This document shows, in pieces, positions 50,650-59,601 of a stretch of DNA of 64,000 nucleotides (the stretch's first letter is position 1; each line of letters starts with the position of its first letter). The stretch covers positions 620,001 to 684,000 of the forward strand of contig CDRNST010000064.1 of assembly GCA_977016875.1 (NCBI GenBank), given 5' to 3'. The position numbers and the translations under genes were made by a program. The DNA is from Pavona decussata (Eukaryota). The notes under the pieces are model-generated. The model made no database searches. It was given only the letters and a program-made list of their open reading frames with translations, and was not told the origin of the DNA.

Positions 50650-50883
50650 GTTATCGACACATATAACTGCCTGTCAGCGGTGTGGGATGATGGATGCAAC
50701 ACGATGAACGCTTATCATAAAATTTTGAGTAAAAGAATCATGGGTACCAATTACTGTCGGAAATTTCGTCCCAATGCAAATTTGTATTTTGAAATGCTCG
50801 TTATGTACGATAAGCTGGTTGAAGATTCTCCTCATAAGTGTTGTCATCATTATCCTAAACTACAAATTTATTATTGTAGGTAA
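50650..50883 (+). CDS. Alternative terminal exon 9 (77 aa)
   Basis: cctttttag| acceptor equals the stop of exon 8; VIDTYNCLSAVW... Confidence 0.75.
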   Translation, partial: VIDTYNCLSAVWDDGCNTMNAYHKILSKRIMGTNYCRKFRPNANLYFEMLVMYDKLVEDSPHKCCHHYPKLQIYYCR

Positions 50884-51059
50884 TAGAGACGGTTTGCTGT
50901 TTGCTGATTGTACCGACCTATTTGACTTGGAGTACCTTTGATAAAAAACTTAGTTTTAGAATCATGGATATGGAGCCTGAAATTACACGATACCCAAACT
51001 TTGATGATGAGATTATGAGGATGTATGAATTAGTCCTTAGAGAACAAACTCATTTTTAA
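50880..51059 (+). CDS. Alternative terminal exon 10 (59 aa; not in the ORF track)
   Basis: ttattgtag|; VIETVCCLLIVPTYLTWSTFDKKLSFRI...DDEIMRMYELVLREQTHF*; clear paralogue of exon 11. Confidence 0.8.
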   Translation, partial: VIETVCCLLIVPTYLTWSTFDKKLSFRIMDMEPEITRYPNFDDEIMRMYELVLREQTHF

Positions 51060-51066
51060 ATTGTAG

Positions 51067-51300
51067 GTGGAAGATGCTACTTGCTGTTTGTTGCTTGTAC
51101 CAACCTGTTTAAGTTGGAACTCTTTTGATAAAAAACTTAGTATTAGAATTGCGGGTGAAAAGCCTGAAAATATATGTACACCTCGCAACGTCTTTTTGGA
51201 TGATGAGTTTATGAGGATGTATAGGTTAGTGCTTAGGGAACAAGCACATATTTGTAATACACATAATTGTAATATTTGTAATTATGTATTTGATTTGTAG
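51067..51300 (+). CDS. Alternative terminal exon 11 (77 aa)
   Basis: attgtag|GTG; VEDATCCLLLVPTCLSWNSFDKKLSIRI...DDEFMRMYRLVLREQ. Confidence 0.8.
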   Translation: MEDATCCLLLVPTCLSWNSFDKKLSIRIAGEKPENICTPRNVFLDDEFMRMYRLVLREQAHICNTHNCNICNYVFDL

Positions 51301-51525
51301 ATTCTTGATTTAAAAAACATCCCCCTTACGTGGATTGAAGAGAGACATCCTCACCTGTCAGCGGGTAGAGTTATGGCCGCCAAACAGATCGGTTTTAAAT
51401 TGTGGAATTATTTGGTGCAATACGATGATGGGTTGTTACACACGGACCATTTGATGAGATATTTGCTTTTGAAAAAAGAAGTAGATGAATTATATTTTAA
51501 AAACTCTCTTGATTTTTGGATTTAG
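51301..51525 (+). CDS. Alternative terminal exon 12 (74 aa; not in the ORF track)
   Basis: Acceptor is the TAG stop of exon 11; ILDLKNIPLTW...KKEVDELYFKNSLDFWI*. Confidence 0.7.
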   Translation: MLDLKNIPLTWIEERHPHLSAGRVMAAKQIGFKLWNYLVQYDDGLLHTDHLMRYLLLKKEVDELYFKNSLDFWI

Positions 51526-51828
51526 ATTTACAAGATTGTGCGTTTGTGGTATTACTCTCCCATATCCGCAAGAGCCTCGCATTCCATTTACTGCGAATCC
51601 ACTCTCCGTCTCGTAGCAGTCGAAAGAATTATTGCTAGCAAGCAATTTATCAAGGAACATTTACTTTCTACATACTTGAATGAAATAGATAGGATGTACT
51701 GTTTATCTGTTCGCGAAGCCGTGTGGGATATGAAAAGATCATTTTGTAACGAAAGACCCCCTTGGTATGATTATGAGACAGACATGAATGAGCGTTTGTT
51801 TCATTTATTTTTATTAAATTCCTTATAG
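51526..51828 (+). CDS. Alternative terminal exon 13 (100 aa)
   Basis: Acceptor is the TAG stop of exon 12; IYKIVRLW...NEIDRMYCL. Confidence 0.7.
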   Translation: MYKIVRLWYYSPISARASHSIYCESTLRLVAVERIIASKQFIKEHLLSTYLNEIDRMYCLSVREAVWDMKRSFCNERPPWYDYETDMNERLFHLFLLNSL

Positions 51829-52176
51829 GTAGAAAGAATTCTAAAAGGACATATTACAATCAATCTTGCTGAATTGAGAAGAATGAAAGGAAAAAGACGT
51901 CTAGAATTAAAAAGGATGTGTAATAAACTCGATGAAGCTAGTATTCTTTTTTTAATCTGGTACAAAAAACGGTTTCATTATTATGTTGATTACAATATTG
52001 ATTACAATTATCATAGAGAAATAGATCTGATGTATCTTCTTGTAAAGAATCAAGCTATAAGACTAATGAGAAATGACGGTTGTAAAGTCTATTACAGATG
52101 GATAGATGAAAGTGTAGGACTATGTACTTTTCGATTACAACACATGTTTTTAGGTCCCTCTACGTCATTGCATTAA
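51829..52176 (+). CDS. Alternative terminal exon 14 (115 aa)
   Basis: ttccttatag| equals the stop of exon 13; VERILKG...REIDLMYLL; ATTAAA overlaps its stop (52172-77). Confidence 0.75.
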   Translation, partial: VERILKGHITINLAELRRMKGKRRLELKRMCNKLDEASILFLIWYKKRFHYYVDYNIDYNYHREIDLMYLLVKNQAIRLMRNDGCKVYYRWIDESVGLCTFRLQHMFLGPSTSLH

Positions 52177-52673
52177 AGTTTGAGTTTGAGCTTAGTGTTC
52201 ATGATGTGTTTGACCATCTTCTCTGTGAGGGTTTTCTTCCCGGGAAAGGCCTTGATAGAGTCAATCATCTTTCTATCGGCAACATGTTTGTCCTTGAGAG
52301 ATTTAGCTTGATTGTAGTCAACGTCGTGTTGTCTCGCCACTTCATCCAACCGGTTAATGCCGCGATCCCCTCGGGCCAATCTCTTTTCCAAATGAGTTCC
52401 AAGTCCCGTAAAATTATGGTAGGGGAGGTGAAATTCAATGCCTGTTTTTCCCAAAAGTTTTGGAATGTCAAATCCGCTTCCGTCTTGAAGTATGACTTTT
52501 TTGGCTTTACGGTTTTTTCCGACGCCGCGTCTGCTTTTTCGTTGAATCTTTTTCACTTTCTTTGAGTTCCTGCAAGAGGTGACGCCTCGTTTTTTTGCCC
52601 TCGTACCAGTCGTCCCACCCCGGTTCTGGTCTGAGCCTCCTGACGGCACGCGGGGTTTTCTTTTTCTGACCAT
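52173..52673 (-). CDS. Parvovirus VP1u-type phospholipase A2 domain protein with basic N-terminus
   Basis: HNFTGLGT (Ca-loop variant of YxGPG) ... INRLDEVARQHDVDY (catalytic HDxxY). Confidence 0.85.
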   Translation of the reverse strand: MVRKRKPRVPSGGSDQNRGGTTGTRAKKRGVTSCRNSKKVKKIQRKSRRGVGKNRKAKKVILQDGSGFDIPKLLGKTGIEFHLPYHNFTGLGTHLEKRLARGDRGINRLDEVARQHDVDYNQAKSLKDKHVADRKMIDSIKAFPGKKTLTEKMVKHIMNTKLKLKL

Positions 52674-53260
52674 CGTCTTCGTCAGAATCGGATGATTGCT
52701 GTCTGCCGACTTTAAAGTGTTTGGCTAAACCACTTTTGAATCCTGCTTTTAAGGCTTTTCCAAATCCACCTCTCGGTTCAGTCTTGGGACGGGTACCTCT
52801 CTGAAACCTATTTGGGGGTTTTGGAGTTGTCGGGGGGTGAGGTTTGATTGGACGTGGAATCGACGACGGGGGTCTTTTTAGAGCGGGTGTAGGTGTGGTG
52901 GGTAGTTTTCTCCTCGGTCCTCCTCCTCCTTGTCTAGCTTTGTCAATTTTTTTCTGCCAGTTTAAGTAGTGTTTTCAGGGAGTTTTCGATGGGTGAATTA
53001 AGCATGGCATCGTCATCTTCCTGCGGCAGTGGTGCTGAAGAGGCGTTTCCCGTACGTATGCGACGAGTCAGCTTTCTCACTTCTCTTGCTTTGGGTTTCG
53101 TCAACGCTAGGGCCGTCGAAGCTGATATCCTGGGATCCTTTAAAATCAGTTCTCTCTCAGCAGCAGTTTTTGCCGCTTTGTTGAGAAGGGTGCTTTCGGT
53201 AATTCTACCCTTGTATTTATCCACAAGATTTTGGTAATCCTTGGCAGGTACCATCATCAT
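52506..53260 (-). pseudogene. Polinton hypothetical protein, frameshifted twice
   Basis: ORF 52943-53260 continues in shifted frames (Pro-rich, then RGGFGKAL...PGWDDWYEG), overlapping the PLA2 ORF. Confidence 0.5.
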
Positions 53261-53586
53261 TTCTCATGCCATTTCTCTAAGAGTGTTTTGTAACACCTCT
53301 GCCAATAACGTGTAGTTTCCTCCGCTTCGAAGAGTTGTCGTTCGAGGCTCACTTTAAGGCGCGCACACCCCGAACAGTGTTTATCCCCCTCGCAGAGACG
53401 ACGCGTTTGACAGTCGGAACACACGATGCCTACTTTAAGAGTTTGATATTCCTTTCTCAAATCGTCATAGGCTTTTTCGTAATCTAACAACTGGTTTTCC
53501 AACTCGTCCCTGTGTTTGTTTGAGTCTTGAAGTAAGGAAACCACTTGTCTCAACGATTCTTCTTGATATGACATGCTTGAAAACAC
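53257..53586 (-). CDS. Polinton coiled-coil protein with two CxxC pairs
   Basis: Heptad-like helices flank CSDC...CSGC; abuts neighbouring ORFs. Confidence 0.6.
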   Translation of the reverse strand: MFSSMSYQEESLRQVVSLLQDSNKHRDELENQLLDYEKAYDDLRKEYQTLKVGIVCSDCQTRRLCEGDKHCSGCARLKVSLERQLFEAEETTRYWQRCYKTLLEKWHEK

Positions 53587-53879
53587 CCGTTCAGACCGGA
53601 CCAGAATCCAGCTCCCTTTTGATTCAAGAGCACCTTGCGCCTCTTTTTTACGGACAATCTACGCTGTCCCAACTGTCGCAAAGCGTTTTTATGTTTCTTC
53701 AAAGCTGCCACGGTGTCCAAAGGGACCGGTATGTGTTTTTTCAAAAGATTCAGCGAAAGCTCACTTAGGGCGTTGATTTGATCCGCCTTGGCGTGTTGAA
53801 GTTTTACTTCCCGCTTGTGACGGTTAGCTTCGCGAAGTACATCTTGTAAAAAAGCTTGGTGTCGTTTCAATGACTTCAT
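53550..53879 (-). CDS. Polinton small basic protein with C-terminal QKGAGF motif
   Basis: INALSELSLNLLK...SVKKRRKVLLNQKGAGFW resembles a recurrent Polinton/adintovirus accessory ORF. Confidence 0.7.
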   Translation of the reverse strand: MKSLKRHQAFLQDVLREANRHKREVKLQHAKADQINALSELSLNLLKKHIPVPLDTVAALKKHKNALRQLGQRRLSVKKRRKVLLNQKGAGFWSGLNGCFQACHIKKNR

Positions 53880-53898
53880 GTTTTAAAATGTTTCAATT

Positions 53899-54287
53899 CT
53901 AATCTTCCAAAGGTTTATGTTTTCTACGCCGAGGCTCGGTGTATCCGTGACAACCTTTCGTTCCACACACTTCAAAGATGGTAGTCTTGGCTTTGGGGAT
54001 GTGTTTCATCAAGCTTACAAAGGTGGTTCTTTTGTTGAGAGTTCGCGTCTTTTTACCCAGTAGCTTATACAGAGGTGTCTTACCCCACGGTAGTTTGAAA
54101 AAAATACTCCTTAACGTGGTTTTATTCGTTAAAGCCACAGAAGCCAAGGGATTGCCTTTGCTTTTTCTTGCTTTTCCCTTGCGTCCGTCTCTACATACCG
54201 TTTTTGACCATCGGTCAACTCCGCAGCACCTTGTAGTGGTTCTGTTTGTGGTTGAGCAATCATTGCGAACGTAACGCGTCGAGCCAT
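53899..54287 (-). CDS. Basic Cys-containing hypothetical protein (start likely frameshifted)
   Basis: K/R-rich ORF; the nearest well-placed ATG (54287) is out of frame. Confidence 0.4.
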
Positions 54288-54304
54288 GATAGTCAAATGA
54301 TGTT

Positions 54305-54544
54305 TTACCGTCTTGCACGCTTTCTTTTCTTGGGTTTGTCCATCTTACGTAGCAATTTTCGGGTCCCGTAACCTGCCCCAGCACTGGCAGCTCCGGCCAA
54401 TCCTGCTTTGGCTGCTGCCGTCAAAAACGGAACAGCGGCTGCCAAGAGAGGAATCGCCCCACCTCTTTGTCCATTTCTTTTATGCTTTCTTGTCCTACGT
54501 TTGGTAGAACGGTTCGTCTTACGAGTCTTCCGCTTGTAAGGCAT
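54305..54544 (-). CDS. Adenovirus pX/mu-like core protein precursor (79 aa)
   Basis: Arg/Lys-rich N-terminus, QRGG motif, then hydrophobic AIPLLAAAVPFLTAAAKAGLAGAAS. Confidence 0.7.
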   Translation of the reverse strand: MPYKRKTRKTNRSTKRRTRKHKRNGQRGGAIPLLAAAVPFLTAAAKAGLAGAASAGAGYGTRKLLRKMDKPKKRKRARR

Positions 54545-54575
54545 CGCGATAAAAAGAAAATGCCGGGGAGATGGT

Positions 54576-54857
54576 TTAACGTCTGAATTTAAACCTTTTT
54601 CCGATACCCAGATAGTCGTCCACGGGTTTATAGTTGTCTTTAAAACCTTTGAGAATTTGAGAAGCTCCCTTGGTGGCAAAGGTAAAAAATGAGGGTGCAG
54701 GACCTGACAGAAACATCGAAGCTCCTTCAGCTATTTTGTCCGTAATAGTGGGTTTTCATCTGTACAAAGCTCCACCTCTCTGCGACCTTCTTTTTTTACC
54801 CCGAGATCTTGTTTTATGTCTGGTCGTTTTTCTTTTGCAACCACCCTTGCAAGCCAT
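54576..54857 (-). pseudogene. Basic core-like protein with QRGG motif (one stop, one frameshift)
   Basis: MACKGGCKRKTTRHKTRSRGKKRRSQRGGALYR*KPTITDKIAEGASMFLSGPAPSF / TFATKGASQILKGFKDNY...RFKFRR*. Confidence 0.55.
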
Positions 54858-54858
54858 A

Positions 54859-55566
54859 TCACGACCGGTTACTGGTTGAAATGCGTGTGACGGAAGGTCT
54901 CCCCCCATCTTTAAAGGTAGTGGTAATGGTGTTTGTGGTAGTTACACCAGCCACATGACGACCTCTGGCTTCTTGCACGTGTCGTTCCGCTTCCAGAGCC
55001 AATTGACGTTGTATTTCATCTTGATTCATTCGACGCCCGAATGAGTGTCGACTTCCGTTGCTACGGTTGCTTTGGTTGCTACGGTTGCTTTGGTTGCTAC
55101 GGTTGCTACGGTTGCTACGGTTGCTGCTATCATCGCCATCACTGGACGGTGTCGAGGATCTGGGTTGTTTTCCTGCCGAAGCATTTTGTCTTTCCCTTGT
55201 CCTTGGGGAGACGTGAATGGGAGAAGGCAATCTTTTTCCCGCTGATGGGTTCGTGTATGGTCGTAATCTAGCAGTAGCCACCGAGAGCGGAGCTGTACCC
55301 ACACCTGTGGATGTCGAGGGTTGTGGGGGTCGAGTCGGTGTTGATCCCGTACCCACATTACTGGGTGTAGTTCTTCGACTTTGAAGTGATGAGGATCCAG
55401 CACCGACATTCAAAGGAATTGTAGGTTGAGGAGACGGGTTTGGTGGTGTGTTCAAAGGCAAATTAAAACCGATCTCCGAAAGCATATCATTAGTGTCATA
55501 ATCATCCAAATTAACTTCATCCATTGATGCGAGATGACTAAAGTCAAAATCATTGTTGCTGGCCAT
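54859..55566 (-). CDS. Ser/Pro/Arg-rich Polinton protein with (SNR/SNQ)n repeat
   Basis: 235-aa intact ORF; 9-bp tandem repeat at about 55056-55127. Confidence 0.7.
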   Translation of the reverse strand: MASNNDFDFSHLASMDEVNLDDYDTNDMLSEIGFNLPLNTPPNPSPQPTIPLNVGAGSSSLQSRRTTPSNVGTGSTPTRPPQPSTSTGVGTAPLSVATARLRPYTNPSAGKRLPSPIHVSPRTRERQNASAGKQPRSSTPSSDGDDSSNRSNRSNRSNQSNRSNQSNRSNGSRHSFGRRMNQDEIQRQLALEAERHVQEARGRHVAGVTTTNTITTTFKDGGRPSVTRISTSNRS

Positions 55567-56158
55567 GACGGGGGTGGAAGTACTTCAAAAAAAACTGACT
55601 CGCTCTGCTGCTGAGATTTCTACACAGAACCAAAGCTGTAATATCCAGAGAATGAATCAATTCCGTAAAGTGTGTTTCGTTATATTCCTTGACGATAGCC
55701 ATGACCTCTTCAAACGTACCCCAACCAGAATGGTTCCGCCAGGATGTTTCTGTCCTTCTACCACACTCGTCTACAATCTTCATCAAGGTTTCTCTGTCCA
55801 TGTAGTCGTGTATTTCGGACTTGAGTTTGTAGCGACACAATTCGATGAAGGTTCTAAACTGTGGGTCCGAAGGATGCTTCAAACAGTTTGACTTGGCAAT
55901 GTGGTCAGACAAACCTTCTAGGTACTCAAAATGATCTTGAACCTTTTTGAAGGGAAAATGCCCCCACACTTCACGAACCTCTCTCAGGTTGGAAGCAAAA
56001 TGAATACAAAAGTTCAAGTTTTCATACGCTATCCGCAGATAAAATGGTCGTGCCCCAGGATGTTTTTTCTTAAACTCCTCAAGACTTTCACAATCACCCA
56101 ACTCAGCTTTACAGAGTTCTCTGAAAATATGAAATCGTTCTTGTGACCTTGTTTCCAT
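55550..56158 (-). CDS. Polinton hypothetical protein
   Basis: Intact ~200-aa ORF packed between the ATPase and the next gene; no domain recognised. Confidence 0.65.
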   Translation of the reverse strand: METRSQERFHIFRELCKAELGDCESLEEFKKKHPGARPFYLRIAYENLNFCIHFASNLREVREVWGHFPFKKVQDHFEYLEGLSDHIAKSNCLKHPSDPQFRTFIELCRYKLKSEIHDYMDRETLMKIVDECGRRTETSWRNHSGWGTFEEVMAIVKEYNETHFTELIHSLDITALVLCRNLSSRASQFFLKYFHPRHGQQQ

Positions 56159-56162
56159 CGTC

Positions 56163-56820
56163 TTAGTCCACTTTGTACACACGAGTCGGTCCCTCACTCT
56201 TCAAGATGTAACTGACCAAACGATTCTCGTCGTTACTTTCTGGATGAAAGTCTATGACCAAATAACCAAAAGGTCTGGCCGTAGCTTGTTTAAAGGCATC
56301 CATCACGTTGTGGAGGTTGTCGGGAAAAGCTTGTTGAACGATATTGCGCATGGCCACTTTGTCGCGTGGGTTTTTGAAGGCTATGATGTAATGAGCGTTT
56401 CTCGATATAGTTTTTTGATATTTGCCAGGGGGAAATAAATCCTGACACATATATATTACCGTAATGTTTCTATGATGCGAATGACGTGTGAAAATTTCAA
56501 CCACGGTCTTGTTGTCGCTAGCTTCGGCCATTAAATCATCCATCACCAATAAGCCTCCTTTAGGAAACCAGACATCCAAATCAGATTCCTCAGGAACTCC
56601 CTCATGGAACTTTACTCCTTTCTTTTTCATGTCATCAAATCTTTTTTGCCACGACCCGTAACAATAATGAATCGCGCGGGGTTTTTCAGTGAACAAATCC
56701 AGATTTAGTGTCACCAATTGTTGAACCAACACCGTTTTACCCGATCCGTTTTACCCGATCCGATGGACCGGCCATCAAGATATTGCAGGGTGAATGAAAG
56801 CGAAAACCACTGTTTGCCAT
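56163..56820 (-). pseudogene. A32/FtsK-like DNA packaging ATPase, Walker A disrupted by a short duplication
   Basis: MANSGFRFHSPCNILMAGPS[GSGKT]VLVQ; Walker B LLVMDD; HSHHRNITVIYMCQDLF; ccgttttacccgat repeated at 56732-56759. Confidence 0.9.
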
Positions 56821-56977
56821 GACTTTCAACGCAAAAATGAGAACGAGTCTTCATTATTCAACGTTTTTATTTTCTATTTGGCATGCAAATTACTACATTG
56901 TTTTTCAAAAATGTAACTAGTACCATTACATACAAAGTTGTAGCGATTTGCCACACAAAAAGTCCACGAAAATGTAG

Positions 56978-57583
56978 TTAATGGATGAGGTGTCTCACTC
57001 CTCCTCTCGAACGTGCTGTGCCTTGAATGATCTTGACCGGTTCGCCATCTACCATGTCTTTCAACAGGGATTCTTTTTGCCATCTGCGTTCTTTACCGAT
57101 GAGATCACGAACAAAACGTCCCACTTTTTTATCATTCATTACATAGTTGGTCTTAAAAAAAATTTTCTCAAATTGAGACATTTTCTCTCCTTGAGATTTT
57201 GCTACCAAAAACATCAGCGCGTAGCCACCACAACTCTGATCGTAGATAGACTGAACACACCGTCCATTTCGTGTCACATATTTGAACTGTTTCAACCATT
57301 TGATGAGAGGAGCTGTCGTCTCGTACAACTCCAAATCCAAGGCAAAGCTATCAAAGATTTCACAGGTGTTTCCATCGATCCACACTCCCAACCAATGTCT
57401 CCCTCCCATGGATGCTGGATCCGTGTTCACAATCATCCCTCGAGGATGACTAACCTTGTCTGGTGGTGGAAGGGAATCGCAGGGTAAAGCTCCTTCATAA
57501 AAGGAAGCCAGTGTGGGGTGATGTAGAGCTAGTTGGTCCAATTGATCAGTATTGAGAATGACTTTTTCCATCTTCTTAACCAC
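56978..57583 (-). CDS. Adenain-like (C5) cysteine maturation protease
   Basis: IVNTD...GRHW (His), FDSF (Asp), VQ...SCGGY (Gln, Cys); intact. Confidence 0.9.
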   Translation of the reverse strand: MVKKMEKVILNTDQLDQLALHHPTLASFYEGALPCDSLPPPDKVSHPRGMIVNTDPASMGGRHWLGVWIDGNTCEIFDSFALDLELYETTAPLIKWLKQFKYVTRNGRCVQSIYDQSCGGYALMFLVAKSQGEKMSQFEKIFFKTNYVMNDKKVGRFVRDLIGKERRWQKESLLKDMVDGEPVKIIQGTARSRGGVRHLIH

Positions 57584-58271
57584 GGTTTCGAGCAGCGTCA
57601 GCCAGTCCTGGTGTGTCGTACACGTTGTAGTACACAGTTCTGTTTGAGTCTATCTCCAACAAGCCTTCGTACTCTGAGTAGACAATGACTGTTATGTTTT
57701 CTCCTGGGTTGGCTCCAAAATTAAGCACCAATCTCAGCTCTCCTGACAGCTTGGGGTTCAGCATCGAACTGTGCAAAGATCCGTTTGCTGTGTTATCAAA
57801 TGCAAATAGGGTGCAGTTCTTTCCTTGACCCCATTCATGTGGCAGCAGCATGTTTCCTTTGCCTTTACTAAAGCAGCCTGTAGCTTCCAGAAATCTAAAG
57901 TACCCCAGAATATCCTTGTCGGTTCCGTCATGTTTAAAGTGCCCATATCGGAAAATTTTTTATTTTTTTATCTGAATCTAAACATCACCCTAAGAACTTC
58001 AGTGAAAAAATTTTTCGATTTGCATGAAACGCGAATTTTTTATGAATTTTACAAATCTTTAAAATCCTATTTTATTGCGGTCCACCCGCCCCGCTGATGA
58101 GAATGCCGACAGGCTCACAATAGGGCCACGTGACATGGTCTGTGACGTACATTCAGGAACTCTCGAGTCTATGCACTCACTTGACCTTCAGTAAAGTACA
58201 TTCGCGGCAGAAAGAAAATCGTCAGATTCACCGGTAGGAAGGAAAAACTTAGCTCCAAATAAGTATATTCC

Positions 58272-58790
58272 ATGGCAGAAAACTTATCTGACACGGAAAG
58301 TGAGCAAACCGCTGAAGAAAGCAGCTAGGACGAATTTGAAAGCGTCGAAGTCGAGGCGATAGATGGCGTCCACGAGACAAGTAATACGTGTGAAGATGAT
58401 GATACACTCGAACCGTACGCGGACGAGCCGATAGCAGACGAAGAATGGCTAAAAAGATATCGCAAGGAACAAGAGGAGAAGCGACGACTCGAGGAAGATT
58501 TAACGAAACGCTTGGAGAATAGAGTGCGTGTTAGTGGATGGTAAAGTTCTCACCTTGCATTTTGCATACGCGCTCTTCATTATCATCTGTCAAAACTATG
58601 GCCAAGTACTCACAAACATTCGAAGGAATTATTTTCCATGTAGATGTACTTGTGGTAACTGTAGCCGTGATCTGCTAGCAAATATCAGCGAGTGCTACTG
58701 CTGCAAGGAACTCGAAGGCAATTGGGAAGCGCTGACTAGCGACATTGTTCTTGCGGAACTACAGGAAGGACACGTGTTGAACTGTGATAA
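58272..58790 (+). pseudogene. KolX / P2X7-ballast-like Cys-rich protein, 5' part
   Basis: Acidic N-terminus, EPYADEP, intron at about 58541-58643, CTCGNC...ECYCCKE; internal stop. Confidence 0.75.
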
Positions 58791-58796
58791 TAATAG

Positions 58797-59460
58797 CTTG
58801 TCTCGTTCTCTGAAATTTCGGCCGTAAATTTAATTGTAGGATGGAAGTTGTTAGCTTGTCCAATGAACAGGTTAATTTCCTTTTTGTCACTGTCCCACAG
58901 TTTACAAAATCCATTGTATCTTTTAGGCGCATACGTCTTGCGAAATGTTCGAAGTCTAACAAGAGTTGGCGTCTAATGTAATTCGTGTCTGTCACCGGTG
59001 TCGGGACAAATTTGAGCCCTTTAGAAATAACGCTAACAGGCTGTCGCTAAGTTGTTTGTTTGAAAAATTCTTCATGAATTTCTCGTGTTTTTCTCTTTGT
59101 ATCTCAATCCAATTTTTGCCCATTTTTTTTCTACGCTCTTTGCGCTTGTTATTTGTTTTGTGCCCTTTTTTATTTTGAACCCCCGTTGTGGTGGTTAGGT
59201 TTTCAGAGATAAAGCTGTTATACTTTTCAACATTTTTATTGTTTGCAGAATTCTGCAACACATGTGTGTGCAATATTTGTTTGAGCTCGTTGAATTCTTG
59301 CTGCAGTTTATCTACCTTATCTACATCGTGGTTTACAATGTTTTCTGTGTCCGCCGAGTGCGACCGTTCTCGCATCGATCTATTTACATCAGTGGTAGCA
59401 TTTGTGCTAGTATTTTTTGAGAGCTTGGTCTCAACGAAACTTCGCGGATCTCACGATCTA
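58797..59460 (-). mobile_element. Internally deleted Penelope-like fragment inside the Kolobok
   Basis: NFSNKQLSD...KG, DFEHFARRMRLK, DTMDFVN and FHPTIKFTAEISE pieces fused together. Confidence 0.7.
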
Positions 59461-59601
59461 TGAGAATATATACCAAAACAATTACGCTATATTTTATAAA
59501 ACTTGCGACTGAGTTAACAGTGAGGTCAAACTATAAACCTCAGAAGGTTACAACGCTTAGAATGTCATAAGCGGGTGTGAATATTCAGCATCGAAAGCTT
59601 A

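Noticed and set aside
47878-52176. Cassettes as independent genes with GTG/TTG starts, or resolved by spliced-leader trans-splicing
   Set aside because: The context is eukaryotic, 11 of 14 cassettes have no ATG at the start, conserved residues lie upstream of the first Met, and uniform phase-0 matching to an upstream coding donor would be unnecessary under those models.
47330-52176. Diversity-generating retroelement or DNA-inversion shufflon
   Set aside because: No template/variable repeat pair, no RT or site-specific recombinase in the element, all cassettes in one orientation and no recombination repeats.
52172-52177. ATTAAA as the sole poly(A) signal for all array isoforms
   Set aside because: AATAAA also occurs at about 50015 and 51922, so 3' co-termination cannot be asserted.
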